Positions 28,393 to 40,089 of a stretch of DNA of 64,000 nucleotides are shown one piece after another. The notes below the pieces were generated by a model. The model did not search any database. It was not told the DNA's origin and saw only the letters and a list, made by a program, of their open reading frames with translations. Each line of letters begins with the position of its first letter. Within the stretch, counting starts at the first letter, position 1. The stretch is taken from NCBI RefSeq assembly GCF_024521635.1, contig NW_026250403.1:1612001-1676000 (forward strand), in the 5' to 3' direction. The stretch comes from Tricharina praecox (Eukaryota). The position numbers were made by a program, and so were the translations under genes.

Positions 28393-29578
28393 TCATTTCT
28401 CCATCATCGAAACCTCGACGAGCCTGATCTCTGCCCGCGGCACATACCAGAACACACGCGGCTCAGGCAGGGTGTAGACACTCTCCACCAGCGCGAGCTT
28501 TGCCTCCGCTGTTCCCCCCGCCACACACTATTAACTCCGCACACACACACGATAGATCCAAGGAGCGGGGGCGGGGCAGGGACTAACCACAGCTATCCCT
28601 AAATACCTGGAATGTATCCTCATTCCGAATCGTCGCCGCAATGATAACCTTGCATTCCCGATTCTCCTGCAGCAGAAACGACAGCTCCGCCACCAGCCAC
28701 AGAATCGCTTCCGCATCGTAAGTCTACCTCCGCCATGCATCAGCGCTCATCCCTCCCTCATCCCTCCCCCTCCCTCCCCCTCCCCCTCCAGCACTCCAGG
28801 GTGGGAAGAACCAACCACATCAGCCCCGACCACAAGCTGCACGTCCTCAGGAACATCCCTCTTCCCACCCCACTGTCTCTGTTCCACGCGGACCCTTCCT
28901 CCCAACCCATTCCTTCCCACATTCTCCCGTAGCACATCACACACGCCCTCGTCGCCATCAGTAGCCAGCACGTCTTCGGCACCGCACCTCGCGGCAACAA
29001 GCGCGACCACGCCGGTGCCCGCGCCGAGCTCTAGTACGCGCTGGCCGTGCGGCGGGTGTAATAGTAGGTACTCGCTCAGTGCTAGTGCTGCCTCCCACGT
29101 CCGCAGGCCTGTTGTGCCGAGGCCTGAGATGAGCGAGGGGGTTTCATGTAGTGTTATCGAGGGGTAAGGCGCGGGGAGTGTGTAGGTTACTGGGACGCGC
29201 GAGGTGGGCGGGGGCGCGGAGCTGCTGGGGAACGTGCTGTAGAGCGATAGGAGCGAGGAATTTATCTCGTCGGGGTTTGAGGCCTGGGAGTGAGTGAGTG
29301 AGAGGACGTGATGCGCAATGCGGGGGGTGGGGTACTTCGATTTCGGCCACGAGCGCTTTTAGGACGCGGGCGGTGTAGCGCTGTGGTGGGATGGTGTCGG
29401 GGGAGGTGGAGGGGGAGAAGAGGGCGTGGTATATGGCATCTTGGAAGTGCTCCTGGGAGAGCAGGTGCGGTGGAGGGAAGTGGAGGGTTTGGGGTGGGAC
29501 AAGTTGGCGGTATTGCGAGGTGAGGGCGTGAAGCGCGGCTGCCTCTTCCTCTTCGCGCGTAGATTGCGGCGTGGCCAT
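28393..29578 (-). CDS. EFM3: Protein-lysine N-methyltransferase EFM3/FAM86A-like (Methyltransf_16), multi-exon
   Basis: PPQRYTARVLK, GTTGLRTWEAALAL, VLELGAGTG, ATDGD, VGADV|TYD, ATIRNEDTF. Confidence 0.85.
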
Positions 29579-29730
29579 TGGTGCGGTCACTGGGGTGGGG
29601 GAAACGTGGAGAGCGGCGGAAGATCTAGCATCTACATATGGAGCTATCTACATACAAAACGTTTATGCATAGTGGGGTGGGGTGGAGGATCGTCTTGGCG
29701 CACATCGTGAATTGCTCTCTCTCGCTCGCT

Positions 29731-30918
29731 CTATACGAGGAAAGTCCAACTGCTAGGAAATACAAACTCCTCCTCAAATATCCTTCGCACTTGCTCGAGT
29801 ACGAACCGCTCCACCTTCCCCACGTTCTTGAGAACCTGCTTCCCCTTCCCCTTCTCACCAATCTCACTCTCGACAGCAATCTGCTTCAGCAGGCTGCTAC
29901 CCACGCCCTCGCGCTCCTCGCCCGCGCCCCGCCGTCCCTCCGCCTCCGGGTCGTCATCTAGAAAACAAAAGTGCGCACGCCGACGAATGTATGCTACACA
30001 AGCCAACCCGTCAAAGGTGCACCCAGTGATGACCAGCTTCACCGGCAGTGCGACAAAGTTGGTGACGGGGTACTCGAACAGAAGCTCGCAAGTGATCTCG
30101 ATGCGAACATCTCCCGCGTAGCGCACCCGCGCGATGATCTGCGTATCCTCATCCCTCGGCTCGTGGAGACGTGGGAGCTGCCTCGGCGGCGACTCGGTAA
30201 ATGCCCGTTCGGGCGTGGAGAGGCCCGGGGTGGGCGAGCGGTCGGGGGAGTGCGAGGACGGGAAGGAGTCGGCGCTTGCGCCGGGGGTGGTGAAGACGCG
30301 GAGGCCGGAGGGCGTGGAGACGGGGGAGGTGGGGAAGCGGCTGCTGGGCGTCGAGCTGCCGTTGTTGAATGAGAGCGCCGAGTGGAAGTAGTGGAGGTTC
30401 GAGCTGCCGCCGCCGCTGCTGCCGGGGTTGAACAGCGGCGTGGATACGCCGGTTACTCCCACCCGCCCCGGGAATGCATCTGCGATACCCGCACGGAAGC
30501 CAGAGAGCCCACTGGTGCTCCTTGTTCCCTCCGAGTATGGAGGCGGAGGCTGGTTGGTGGTGGTAGCTGTAGCCCGAGAAACCACCGACTCGGTTTCGTT
30601 CTTCCTCTCACGTCGCCGGCGCTCGCGCTCGAGACGGAGAACATATTCCTCGTCGTGCTCGTCTCCGGAATCCGACTCCTCGCCGTCGCCGTCCTCCTCA
30701 TCCTGCTCGTAGAACTCCGGATACGGATCGCAAATGGTCTTGATCTCTATGTCGGGCGCAATGGTGCCGAAAGAGAAGGAGTGCACTTGCACCGATTTGA
30801 TGAATTTGGGGAACGGCACGAGCTGGAACTTGTCGTGGATGAAGCTGCGGATCTTCTCGGCGCGGACTTCGCCTTCAGGCCCACTGGTAAGGGTTTCCCA
30901 TTGCAGATCGACGGACAT
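29731..30918 (-). CDS. MDM12: ERMES subunit Mdm12 (SMP domain), intronless
   Basis: MSVDLQWETLTSGPEG...IRSFIHDKFQ...FSFGTIAPDIEIKTICDPYPEFYE; C-terminal VESEIG...QVLKNVGKVERFVLEQVRRIFEEEFVFPSSWTFLV. Confidence 0.93.
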   Translation of the reverse strand: MSVDLQWETLTSGPEGEVRAEKIRSFIHDKFQLVPFPKFIKSVQVHSFSFGTIAPDIEIKTICDPYPEFYEQDEEDGDGEESDSGDEHDEEYVLRLERERRRRERKNETESVVSRATATTTNQPPPPYSEGTRSTSGLSGFRAGIADAFPGRVGVTGVSTPLFNPGSSGGGSSNLHYFHSALSFNNGSSTPSSRFPTSPVSTPSGLRVFTTPGASADSFPSSHSPDRSPTPGLSTPERAFTESPPRQLPRLHEPRDEDTQIIARVRYAGDVRIEITCELLFEYPVTNFVALPVKLVITGCTFDGLACVAYIRRRAHFCFLDDDPEAEGRRGAGEEREGVGSSLLKQIAVESEIGEKGKGKQVLKNVGKVERFVLEQVRRIFEEEFVFPSSWTFLV

Positions 30919-31258
30919 AGTAGATTCTCAGGGTAGTTGTGGTGGCGATGGTTGTGGTGGAAGGGCAGGAGTAGTGGACGAGTTCATCATGGCGGTGGTG
31001 GTGACGCAGCTGACGTCTTGTCCGGTTGGCTTGTGTTCGGGAGGCCACTTAAGCCTTTGAACTCACGGCACTACTATATGCTCTAGATAGATACTCTAGA
31101 CCATGCCAAGTCTCGCGTAAACTCTGTCGCGAAATGTTAAAGTGACTGATTTCCCATGACTCGCCCCTCCACTTCCCTCCCCCACCATATAAAGCCTCCA
31201 CCTACCTAGTTCCCGCAGCCCTCACGCGCGAACACGAACACCACGAAACATTGCAACA

Positions 31259-32324
31259 ATGGCCGCTGCCGTCCCCCACTCCACGATCCAAGACTTCGCC
31301 GAGCGCGTCTACGAGCAATGTCTGCAAGCGCCATCCGACTACCTCTTCAGCGTCGACGAGCTGCAAGAGCTGACGCCGGGCAAGGGCAACGTCGAGGTTG
31401 CCAGCCGCGTGATCAACGAGCTCTTGCTGCGGCGACAACTGCAGACGCTTACGCAGGGCGGCGCATCGGTGTTCAGGGCCGTACCCAAGGATGTGATTGA
31501 AAAGTAATGTCTTCCCCACGGTATTCCCTGGAGCTGAAGGGAGACACGGTGTTGATGGCGGAGGGGCGGTATCTAGGGTTAAGAATATGAGCTCCGACGA
31601 GGAAATGCTGTATACCTACATCCAGGACGCGGCGAGAGAGGGAATCTGGTCAAAGACGCTCAAGACGAAGTCGAACATGCATGCCACGACAATGACGAAA
31701 TGTCTCAAGACATTGGAGCAGAAGAGATACGTCAAAGTTGTCCAGTCCGTGAAGGTCAGTCGCATTCTTCCGCTGGTGTGGGGGGTGGCCGGGCTGACTG
31801 ACGGCGTATAGTACCCAACCCGCAAAATCTACATGCTCTACGAGCTCACCCCGTCCATTGAAGTCTCCGGCGGTCCCTGGTTTACGGATTCCGAGCTTGA
31901 CCACGAATTTATCAACGAACTTTTGACCGCCATGTCTAAATTCATCACCTCCAAATCCTTCCCGCGGGCAACCGCCGGTAGTAAAGACAGCGGCACGACC
32001 GTCTCCTTCGCGAATGACCATACTGGCTATCCAACTCTAAACCAGATCTACCTCTGGGTCAAAAACTCAAACCTTACCGAAGTAGATTTGGCCGAGGCCG
32101 ACATCAAGAGTTTACTTGACGTGCTAGTGTATGATGGGAAGGTTGAGCGCGTGGTAGGCGGGACAGCGTACAGAGCGGTTAGAAAGTCGGAGGGTATGAG
32201 TATCAACGGGTTTACAGAGAGCCCGTGTGGTAGGTGTCCAGTATTCAATCTGTGCAAGGAGGGCGGGCCGGTCAGTGCGAGCAACTGCAAGTACTTTGAG
32301 GACTGGCTGGATGCGGTATTCTGA
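31259..32324 (+). CDS. RPC34: RNA polymerase III subunit C34 (RPC6), 3 exons
   Basis: EGIWSKTLK...CLKTLE...VK.VQSVK|YPTRKIYMLYELTPSIEVSGGPWFTDSELD; LLDVLVYDGKVE; C-terminal four-Cys motif PCGRCPVFNLC...NCKYF. Confidence 0.92.
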
Positions 32325-32618
32325 ACGACACCTGATTGGCTCTTTCTGTACTCGTATATGTGGGATTTTTTTTCTTTTGCGTTTGCTTCCGGCGTTGGGT
32401 CGCAACTTCGGGGATCTGTATTTGTATGTATCTGTGGTGGGGGGCTTGGTTTTGCCACGAAAAAGTTGAATGGTTCGCAATTTTCTCCATCTCTATGTGC
32501 ACACACAACCAACCCGCCGCCGCCCACTGCCCGTCAATCCATCCCGTGGAAATCATCGCATCCGTGCGTATCATACACTCTTCCCGTTCCGTTTCTCCGT
32601 ACCCCATCGTTGCGGCAT

Positions 32619-32918
32619 TTAGAATCTACCCCCACCACCAACATTAGCCCCCACTTTCCAACATTCCTTCTCTCCCTCTCTCCCTCTCCTCTCCCCCGCT
32701 CCTCCTCCTCCCGCTCATCGAACCCAAGTCAAAACTCACCCAGGAACCAAGAACTCGCTCCAGGAGCTCTGGAAGAAGGTGATGGCGACGGCAAACAGTG
32801 CCACGCTCTTGACGAGGCCCGCGTTCTCGGGGCTCCGGAGCTCGCGGTAGAGGCTGGTGACCATTCCCGGCTGCTGGCTGCTGCGACCGCCGGAGGAGAT
32901 TCGGTTTTGTGGGGCCAT
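32619..32918 (-). CDS. TOM6: Mitochondrial TOM complex small subunit Tom6, 2 exons
   Basis: ~61 aa, LYRELRSPENAGLVKSVALFAVAITFFQSSWSEFLVP, resembling fungal Tom6 as I recall it. A GTGAGT...CTAAT...TAG intron gives a terminal GF*. Confidence 0.75.
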
Positions 32919-33385
32919 TGTGTCGTGTGTGGTTATGTGTGGTGTGAGGTGGTGAGCTTGATTGATTGGGGGTGGTGGTGGGGTGGTAGGTGAGGTTGAC
33001 GGTGTGAGGTGAGGCGTTATGTCATGGAAATTTCGATGGATGCACTCAAAAAGGTTGGCTTGGCGAACGCACGAGCGGATTGCGGTTGATGGAAGACTTT
33101 TTGCCTAGTATCATACCTAACATACATACTCTATATCATCATCTCGATGATCCCTCCGACCTCTGTCAAAGACTACAAAAAGAAAGAAATGCAACCCACA
33201 AAAACGCCGACAGAAAAGAAATGTCAAGAAAAAGAAAGAAAAAGAAAAAGATGAAAGACTATTGCCTCATCACATCAACAGCCATCTCATCAACCAATCA
33301 TTCAATCATGCAAGCCAGTAGTAGTAAGAAGAGTATCATGTAACAAAAGAAAGAAACCCCGTTTCATATCCCCCATATGTCTCCT

Positions 33386-36300
33386 CTAGGCCCGCATGCT
33401 AACACCGGACCGCTTGTGGAACATACGGGCAGCGATGTTCATAGCCGCGAGCTCCTGGAAAAGTAGCTTTGCAGCGTATGGCAGGTGGATCTGTGAGATC
33501 TTCGTCTTGTTGTGACAAGGTCTGCACTCGAACTGGTTCTTCTTGAGGTTGCTGTTACGTGTTAGTTTGCCATTTCACCGAAGCTCATGGGGCACATACG
33601 CAATTGGCGTCATCAGACCACAGATGTCACAAATGTGCACACGGAATGCATCGGAAACTTCGAACAACCTGCGACCACCATACATCAGCACTTGTAAAGA
33701 AAACCCAGGAAGAGTGATAACCTACCTCTCCTTGAGAAAGGCGCTGGCTCCGTGAGAAATCATGCAATCACGTTCCATCTCTCCGAAACGAAGACCACCG
33801 TCTCTGGCACGACCCTCGACGGGCTGTCTCGTAAGAATCTGGACAGGTCCACGAGCACGGGCGTGGATCTTGTCGTCGACCATGTGACGGAGACGCTGGT
33901 AGTAAGTGGGGCCCAAGAAAACCTGAGCTACCAACTTCTTTCCAGTGTAGCCGCTGTACATAACCTCAAATCCACGGGACTGGTATCCGCTCTGGCGCAG
34001 CAGATTGGAGACAGAGTCGACCGTAACATCCGTGAAAGGCGTCGCATCTCCTTCGAAGCCACGCAGCGAGGCAACCTTACTAAGTTGGCATTCGATCAAA
34101 TGGGCAATGGTCATACGTGACGGAATGGCATGCGGATTGATGATGATGTCGGGAACGACTCCCTCACAAGTGAAGGGCATGTCCTCCGAACGGTAAGTGA
34201 TTCCAATGGTACCCTTGTACACCACCGTAAGCTTTGTAAATAAGACCGGAACACAGCAAAACAAACCTTTTGGCCGTGACGAGAAGCAAACTTGTCACCA
34301 ATCTGTGGAATCTTGGTAGTCCTCATCCTCACTTTTACGAACTTCAGACCATCGGCATTGGTAGTAAGCATAACCTGATCGACGATGCCGTTCTCGGTAC
34401 TTCTCAGAGGCGTTGAGACATCACGCTTCGTGTGGAACTTCTGCCTCTGACCCATCTCGTCGGCGTCGGCATTGATGGGAGCCGTTTTGCCGATGATGAT
34501 GTCTTCACCGGAAACACGAATACCGGGCGCCACGAGTCCATCGTCCTCAAGCTTGTCGTAGGTACCGTGCTTCAGCTTCAAAGTTGTTCCCCTCATTGGC
34601 TTCTCGAACTCCTCCACCACCTGCATACCGATGCGCTTCTCCTGATCCATGTAGGCTCGATAGAACAAACTGCGGAAAAGGCCCCTGTCGATGCTACTCT
34701 GGTTCATGATGACAGAATCTTCCTGGTTGTACCCACTGTAGCACATTATACCGACGATAGCATTCTGCCCGGCTGGCAATTCTCTAAACTTCAGGTACTC
34801 CATTGAGCGGGTAGTGGCTAGCGGTTTCTGAGGGTAGTACAGAATATTGGCCATGGTATCCATTCGCTCCGCAAAATTGGTCAAGAACACACCCATCGCC
34901 TGTTTGCCCATAGCAGACTGGTATGTGTTACGAGGCGACTGCAACACGAGTGAGCACAACAATCCCAGACATCAATAAGGTCGGTCAATCTTACCTGATT
35001 GTGATCGGGAAAGGGAATGATACTGGCACAGATTCCGAGAATCATACTGGGATGAATTTCACAATGAGTGTACTGACTCGTGTTCTTGTTGATCGGGGCC
35101 TTCACGCGCTTGTTGGGGTCCGTTTCCTCGGCCAATTCGTAGCCCTGAGCCACTTGTCGCGATACTTCGAGATCTTCCGGAGTCATAACGATCATGATTG
35201 TCTCCTCTTCCTCTGCATCCACATATTCGACGGCTCCACACTCAAGCAAGCCATCCCAGCCAAACCTGTCACCGGCCGGGAGCCCTTGGTCTTCCTCCAA
35301 CTGCAGCACATGCTCCTTGGTCAAGACAAGCTGTCCTCTGCGTTCGTGTGTCGGATCATTGTCAATAACAAATAATGGACGACAGACACGACCAGCATCG
35401 GTGAAGATCTTGAACTCGCGGTCACGAATATCCCTGATAACACTGACTTCGTGACTGATTGAACCGCGCCTTCGGAGCTCTTGGACCAATCGTACGAGGT
35501 GAAGGGGATCTCTGTGGATACCGATCCAGACTCCGTTGAGGAAGATCTTGGTGGCGTTCGGCGATCTCTGCGGCTCATATTCCTCCAAAAATTCCATGTT
35601 CTGCTCGGCCATGAAGTTCACCAACGGATTGCCAGGAGTACCAACGGTGATGTACGACATCAACGCCAAATTCTTGACCAGACCACATGCTTGACCCTCG
35701 GGAGTCTCAGCAGGACACACCAGTCCCCAATGTGTGTTGTGGAGTTGGCGCGGCTTAGCGATCTTTCCGTCTCGTCCAATGGGCGTGTTGGTCCGACGCA
35801 AATGGGACAACGTGGAAGCGAAGGTGTATCGGTTCAACACCTGCGAGACTCCCGCCTTGGCCGACATTGCTTTCTTCTGATCACCCCAGTTACCAGTCGC
35901 CAGCGAGTACTTCAGTCCATTGGATATGGTGTTGGACTTGACGGCTAGCGGCAGACTGAACTCCTTGCCAGTCTCGACACACTTCTCCAAGTACTTGAAG
36001 ACATCCTTCGTGAGTTTCTTCCAAAGGTTCCTGAAGAGAGATGCCAACAAGGGGCCCGCCAAATCCAATCGCTTCTTTCCGAAGTGATCTCGGTCGTCCA
36101 CCTCACGCCGCTCCAAGGAACACTGCAACATCCTGTGGACCATGTATCCCAGGAAGAAAGCCTTGCGCGTCTCACTACCTTCGCTCTGGGAAATGTGAGG
36201 AAGCAACTCCTTCTGCATGATCTCCCGGGCATGCCGCACACGCTTCTCTCGGTTCGCACCAGTGGAGGTTCCACGCTTCGCAATGTAGTCCAACGCGACA

Positions 36301-37372
36301 CCCTGATCCTGAATGACGAATGCCTCCTCGATACATGGCTTCATCATCTCTAACATCTCGATATCATTGCGGTCATAGCAAACGTGATTCAGGATATCCT
36401 CGTCCGAGACAACACCGAGAGCTCGGAAGACGATGACCAGGGGAATATCGCTCTTGATGTAAGGAAGGGTCGATTTTATCGTTGCATTGTATCCACCACG
36501 GGCCTCTCCTCTCGTAACCAACTTGATCTGCATACTGCTGATGAGCCGGGATCCCTTCTCCACGGCGCTTCGGATTTCTGCGATGTACGGGGTAGGCGAG
36601 GGTGGAGCCTTCTTGAAGACTTGAACGATGTTGGCGGCACTTCTCTCCTGAGCGATGAGCACTTTTTCGGATCCGTTAATAACGAAATAGCCACCCTGAT
36701 CGTAGGGGCATTCCGACAGGCCATACAGCTCGTCTTCCCGGAAGTCCTTCAATATACAGTATTGAGACTTCAACATGATGGGCATCTTTCCAACAAACAC
36801 CTTCGACGGCTCCGACATAAAGTCGGTGTCCCACACGTACTTGTGGTTTGTCTTGACCTCGCCTCCTTCGTTGTCCGACCCTCCTTCCTCTTCCTCACTG
36901 TCCGAGGCGTCGACCTCCCTCGCCGACATGACCTTGTGTTTCATCTCGCAATACACCGGTGATGAGTAGGTAAGATTCCGCATGCGGGCTTCCTGAGGAA
37001 GCATGGGTTGTGTGGATCCGTCACCTTCGGTCATGGTCGGTCGCGACAAAAAGATGTCTCCGAACGAGATCTCGTACCGCCGCAGGACGACTCCGCCGGT
37101 TTCATCGGCGTTGAGGTTTTGGTCGAGGGTTAGCGACGAGTCTTCGTGCACCATCTGCTGCATTGTGTGCGAAACGAACTCATCGAACGAGTTGAGCTGC
37201 TGCGATACCAGTCCTTTATCGTCGAAGAACGCCGAGATGACTTTCATGGCGCATTGAGTGTTAGCTCGCGCTTCCGATCATATCTACACAAGAGGAGAAC
37301 GCGCGAGGAAAGGGACGGTGAGGTACCCTGCCAACAATCCTCCGCCGATATTTCATCTGAGTACTCGTCCAT
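33386..37372 (-). CDS. RPB2: RNA polymerase II second-largest subunit, multi-exon
   Basis: [109 protein letters not shown]. Confidence 0.98.
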
Positions 37373-37975
37373 GATGGGCGAGAGAGAGGCGAGTGGCGCG
37401 TGGGAATGCTCTGTGGTAGGATGTATTTCAAATCACAGAAACTGCAGCTGCGCGATCGAGGACAAGAGGCGTGTTAGAGAAGATTAAGGTTCGTAAAGTC
37501 GTGAGAGAAATAGAGGGCGTAAGGCGGCGTAAGGAGTATCGCGGTCTCCCCCGATACGTGTGTTGATGGTGTTAGTGGTGGGAGTGGGAGTGGAAGTGAA
37601 AGTGGTGGTTGTGGTGTTGGTGCCGGCTGGTAGAGAGAATGAAGTGTGGCAAGTTAGCGAGTCTAAGAGCAGAAAGAGCTCTCCATTCTAGGGTTCGCGC
37701 CTCAAAGAGGCTCAAGCTTACCAAACTGTATTTACCCGGAAACCACACAACTACTTCTCAATGGGTGTTGGAGGAGCCATTTTGAGAAGAACCCATACAA
37801 AATCCAGGCAATTGAAAAGGTAAATAGACTGTAGCAGATTTATAAAACTTTGAATATCGAATTGAATGACAACCAAAAACATCACACATCAACTAAGGCG
37901 AGGGTCGAAAAACCGAAGATCACCAATCAAATAGCATCAACATCGTTGAGCACCACTTCCCAACTGAATAGCTAA

Positions 37976-39528
37976 CTATGTCAATCCCGCCAGGGTTCCC
38001 AAGATCCTCAGCTCATCCGCATGTGCATGCAATGCCCTCCTCATTCTGTCTGCCATCTCATTCTCCAGGAGCTCCTCTTTGCTCTCCACCATGACCCCGT
38101 CACCTTCTTCCTCGTCTTCATCATCCTTCCTACCAGGTGCCAAAAATCCAAGACGATCCCCAGCCCACACTCCTAGTCCCTCACCCTCTCCTCCTTCCAT
38201 GACCACCACCTTCCGGGCAGGTCCACAGCCCTCTTCAAGTGTCGTCGCCCACAAAGTTCCAGTTTCTTGTTGAAATTCTGGGTCATACACCTCCTCACGC
38301 CGCACAACGTATCTGCAATCCTTCTCGAACCAGCTCACTGTTCCCTCACTATCGCACGAGACCACCCGCGCGCCCTGTTTCGCAACCGAAAGAATCTTAC
38401 CCCATGCGGCGGACTGCCGGTTCCTCTGTTGCGGGACCTCAACATCAGGGGTCAGATTGTAGCTCTCGAGCGTGCCACGGCCGTTATAGGTACCACCGGC
38501 GATCAGTCCCCCCATTCCGTCGGCTGTGAGGGTGCAGAGGCTAGCGCCGCTATAGAGGGTTCCTTGAAGTCGTGGCCACATCGCTCGGTCGTAGCAGAGG
38601 ATCGATGGGAAACGCCCGGCAACATAGAGGGAGTTGTTTGGGTGGTGCAGGATTGCCAGCGGCGAGGGTTGGAATAGAGGGGCATGATTAGCGTAATTCG
38701 CCGGGAAAGTATGCGGAAGCACGGTGGAGGGCGCTGCAAAAGCGGAGGCAATGCGTGGATCGTGGAGATGCAGAGTGAGAGTGGTTCCGACCGTTAGGGG
38801 GTGCGGTGACACTATTTCCGAGCTCAAAGTACTGATGGAGAAGGGAAATTTGGTGGACGAGATTGTTTGCAGCGTTGTCAACGAGAGCTCGATAAGGGTG
38901 GAATGCGATGCCACGTAGATTCTGTCCAACTCCGACGAAGCGACAGTATTGTCCCCAAGCTCCATAACCCTTGATTTCCGCGATGCTGGCGGAGGCGGTG
39001 TGGAGAGGACGCCGGGCTTTGACCTTGAGACATCCCGTTCGTCGTTGGTATCGGTAGGAGACCAGATACTGATGGCGCCATCTTCGAGCGGGGTGATAAG
39101 GAAGTGTTTGTGCGTATTCCGCGCCGTGAGGGACGTCAGTCCTTTCACCTCGTCGTCGGGACAAGACAGCCAACGCGTTGTCAGTGGCGCATGGCGAAAC
39201 TTGTATTCACTATACCAATCGATTTCTTTGTGTGGCCAGTTATCGATCACGGCTGAGAGCTCTTCGCTTCGATCCCATACAGGGCAGGAATTTTCGACGG
39301 TCGCTTGATAGGCACAGAGAGATCGCCATAGCGTGGGATCCGAGCGGGTGAGGGCACGCAAGCGTTTACGACATCGATGAAGCGGAATTACCGAGCTCGG
39401 TTCAAGATCTGGCGATAATTAGATTCACGGAGGGGAGGGTTGAGTTGGGAGTGGCGGAGGGGAGTACGGGAAACGATCTGGAGAAGGAGCTCGTCCGGAA
39501 GGTCGAGCAGTTCGAGGCGGGAGTCCAT
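37976..39528 (-). CDS. F-box protein with probable beta-propeller-like C-terminus, 2 exons
   Basis: Spliced N-terminus MDSRLELLDLPDELLLQIVS|HLEPSSVIPLHRCRKRLRAL...LWRSLC is an F-box pattern, continuing into the 461-aa ORF (VAGRFPSILCYDR, RNRQSA). Confidence 0.8.
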
Positions 39529-40089
39529 GGGCTAAAAGTGAAGAAGAGTGCTCTGGAGGGGCGGGGTCATTGATTTCTGGGGGGCTGGGACTAGGGGCGT
39601 CCGTTCGTTTACAACTGACGTTGAAACGCGGAGTATGAGCACCTGGATAAGAAGAATGTGTGTTGGTGGATATGTGGGGACGAAGGTGAAGGAAGATGAG
39701 GTGGAGGAAGAAGAAGAGGAGGAGAAGGAGAAGGAGGAAAAGGAATATACGAGAAGAGAGCGAACGGAAGCGGAGGTGATCGGCGCCTTCTCGCTTCTTC
39801 CCGGTCGGATAGAAGTGCCAATTTATGGAACGGAAAGACCAGGTGCTTGCGGGGCTTTGGAGCATATACATTGGCAATTAATAATAATAATGTACATGGT
39901 CCATGCATCTCCATTGCTCATGTTGAGAAGTTGCTGAAAGACGGAACTTGGTGACGGTTTCGTGTCCGTGGAGCTACGGTACATTCTCTCGCATTCTTGG
40001 ACTACCGGAAGCTGCAGAACTTCATCACAGGTATCTAATGCGAATACATCCCACCCCTTCCGCAAAAAAAATCGCCCATAACTATTACT

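Noticed and set aside
39548..39937. Glu-rich plus-strand ORF
   Set aside because: Antisense reading of the pyrimidine-rich F-box promoter/leader.
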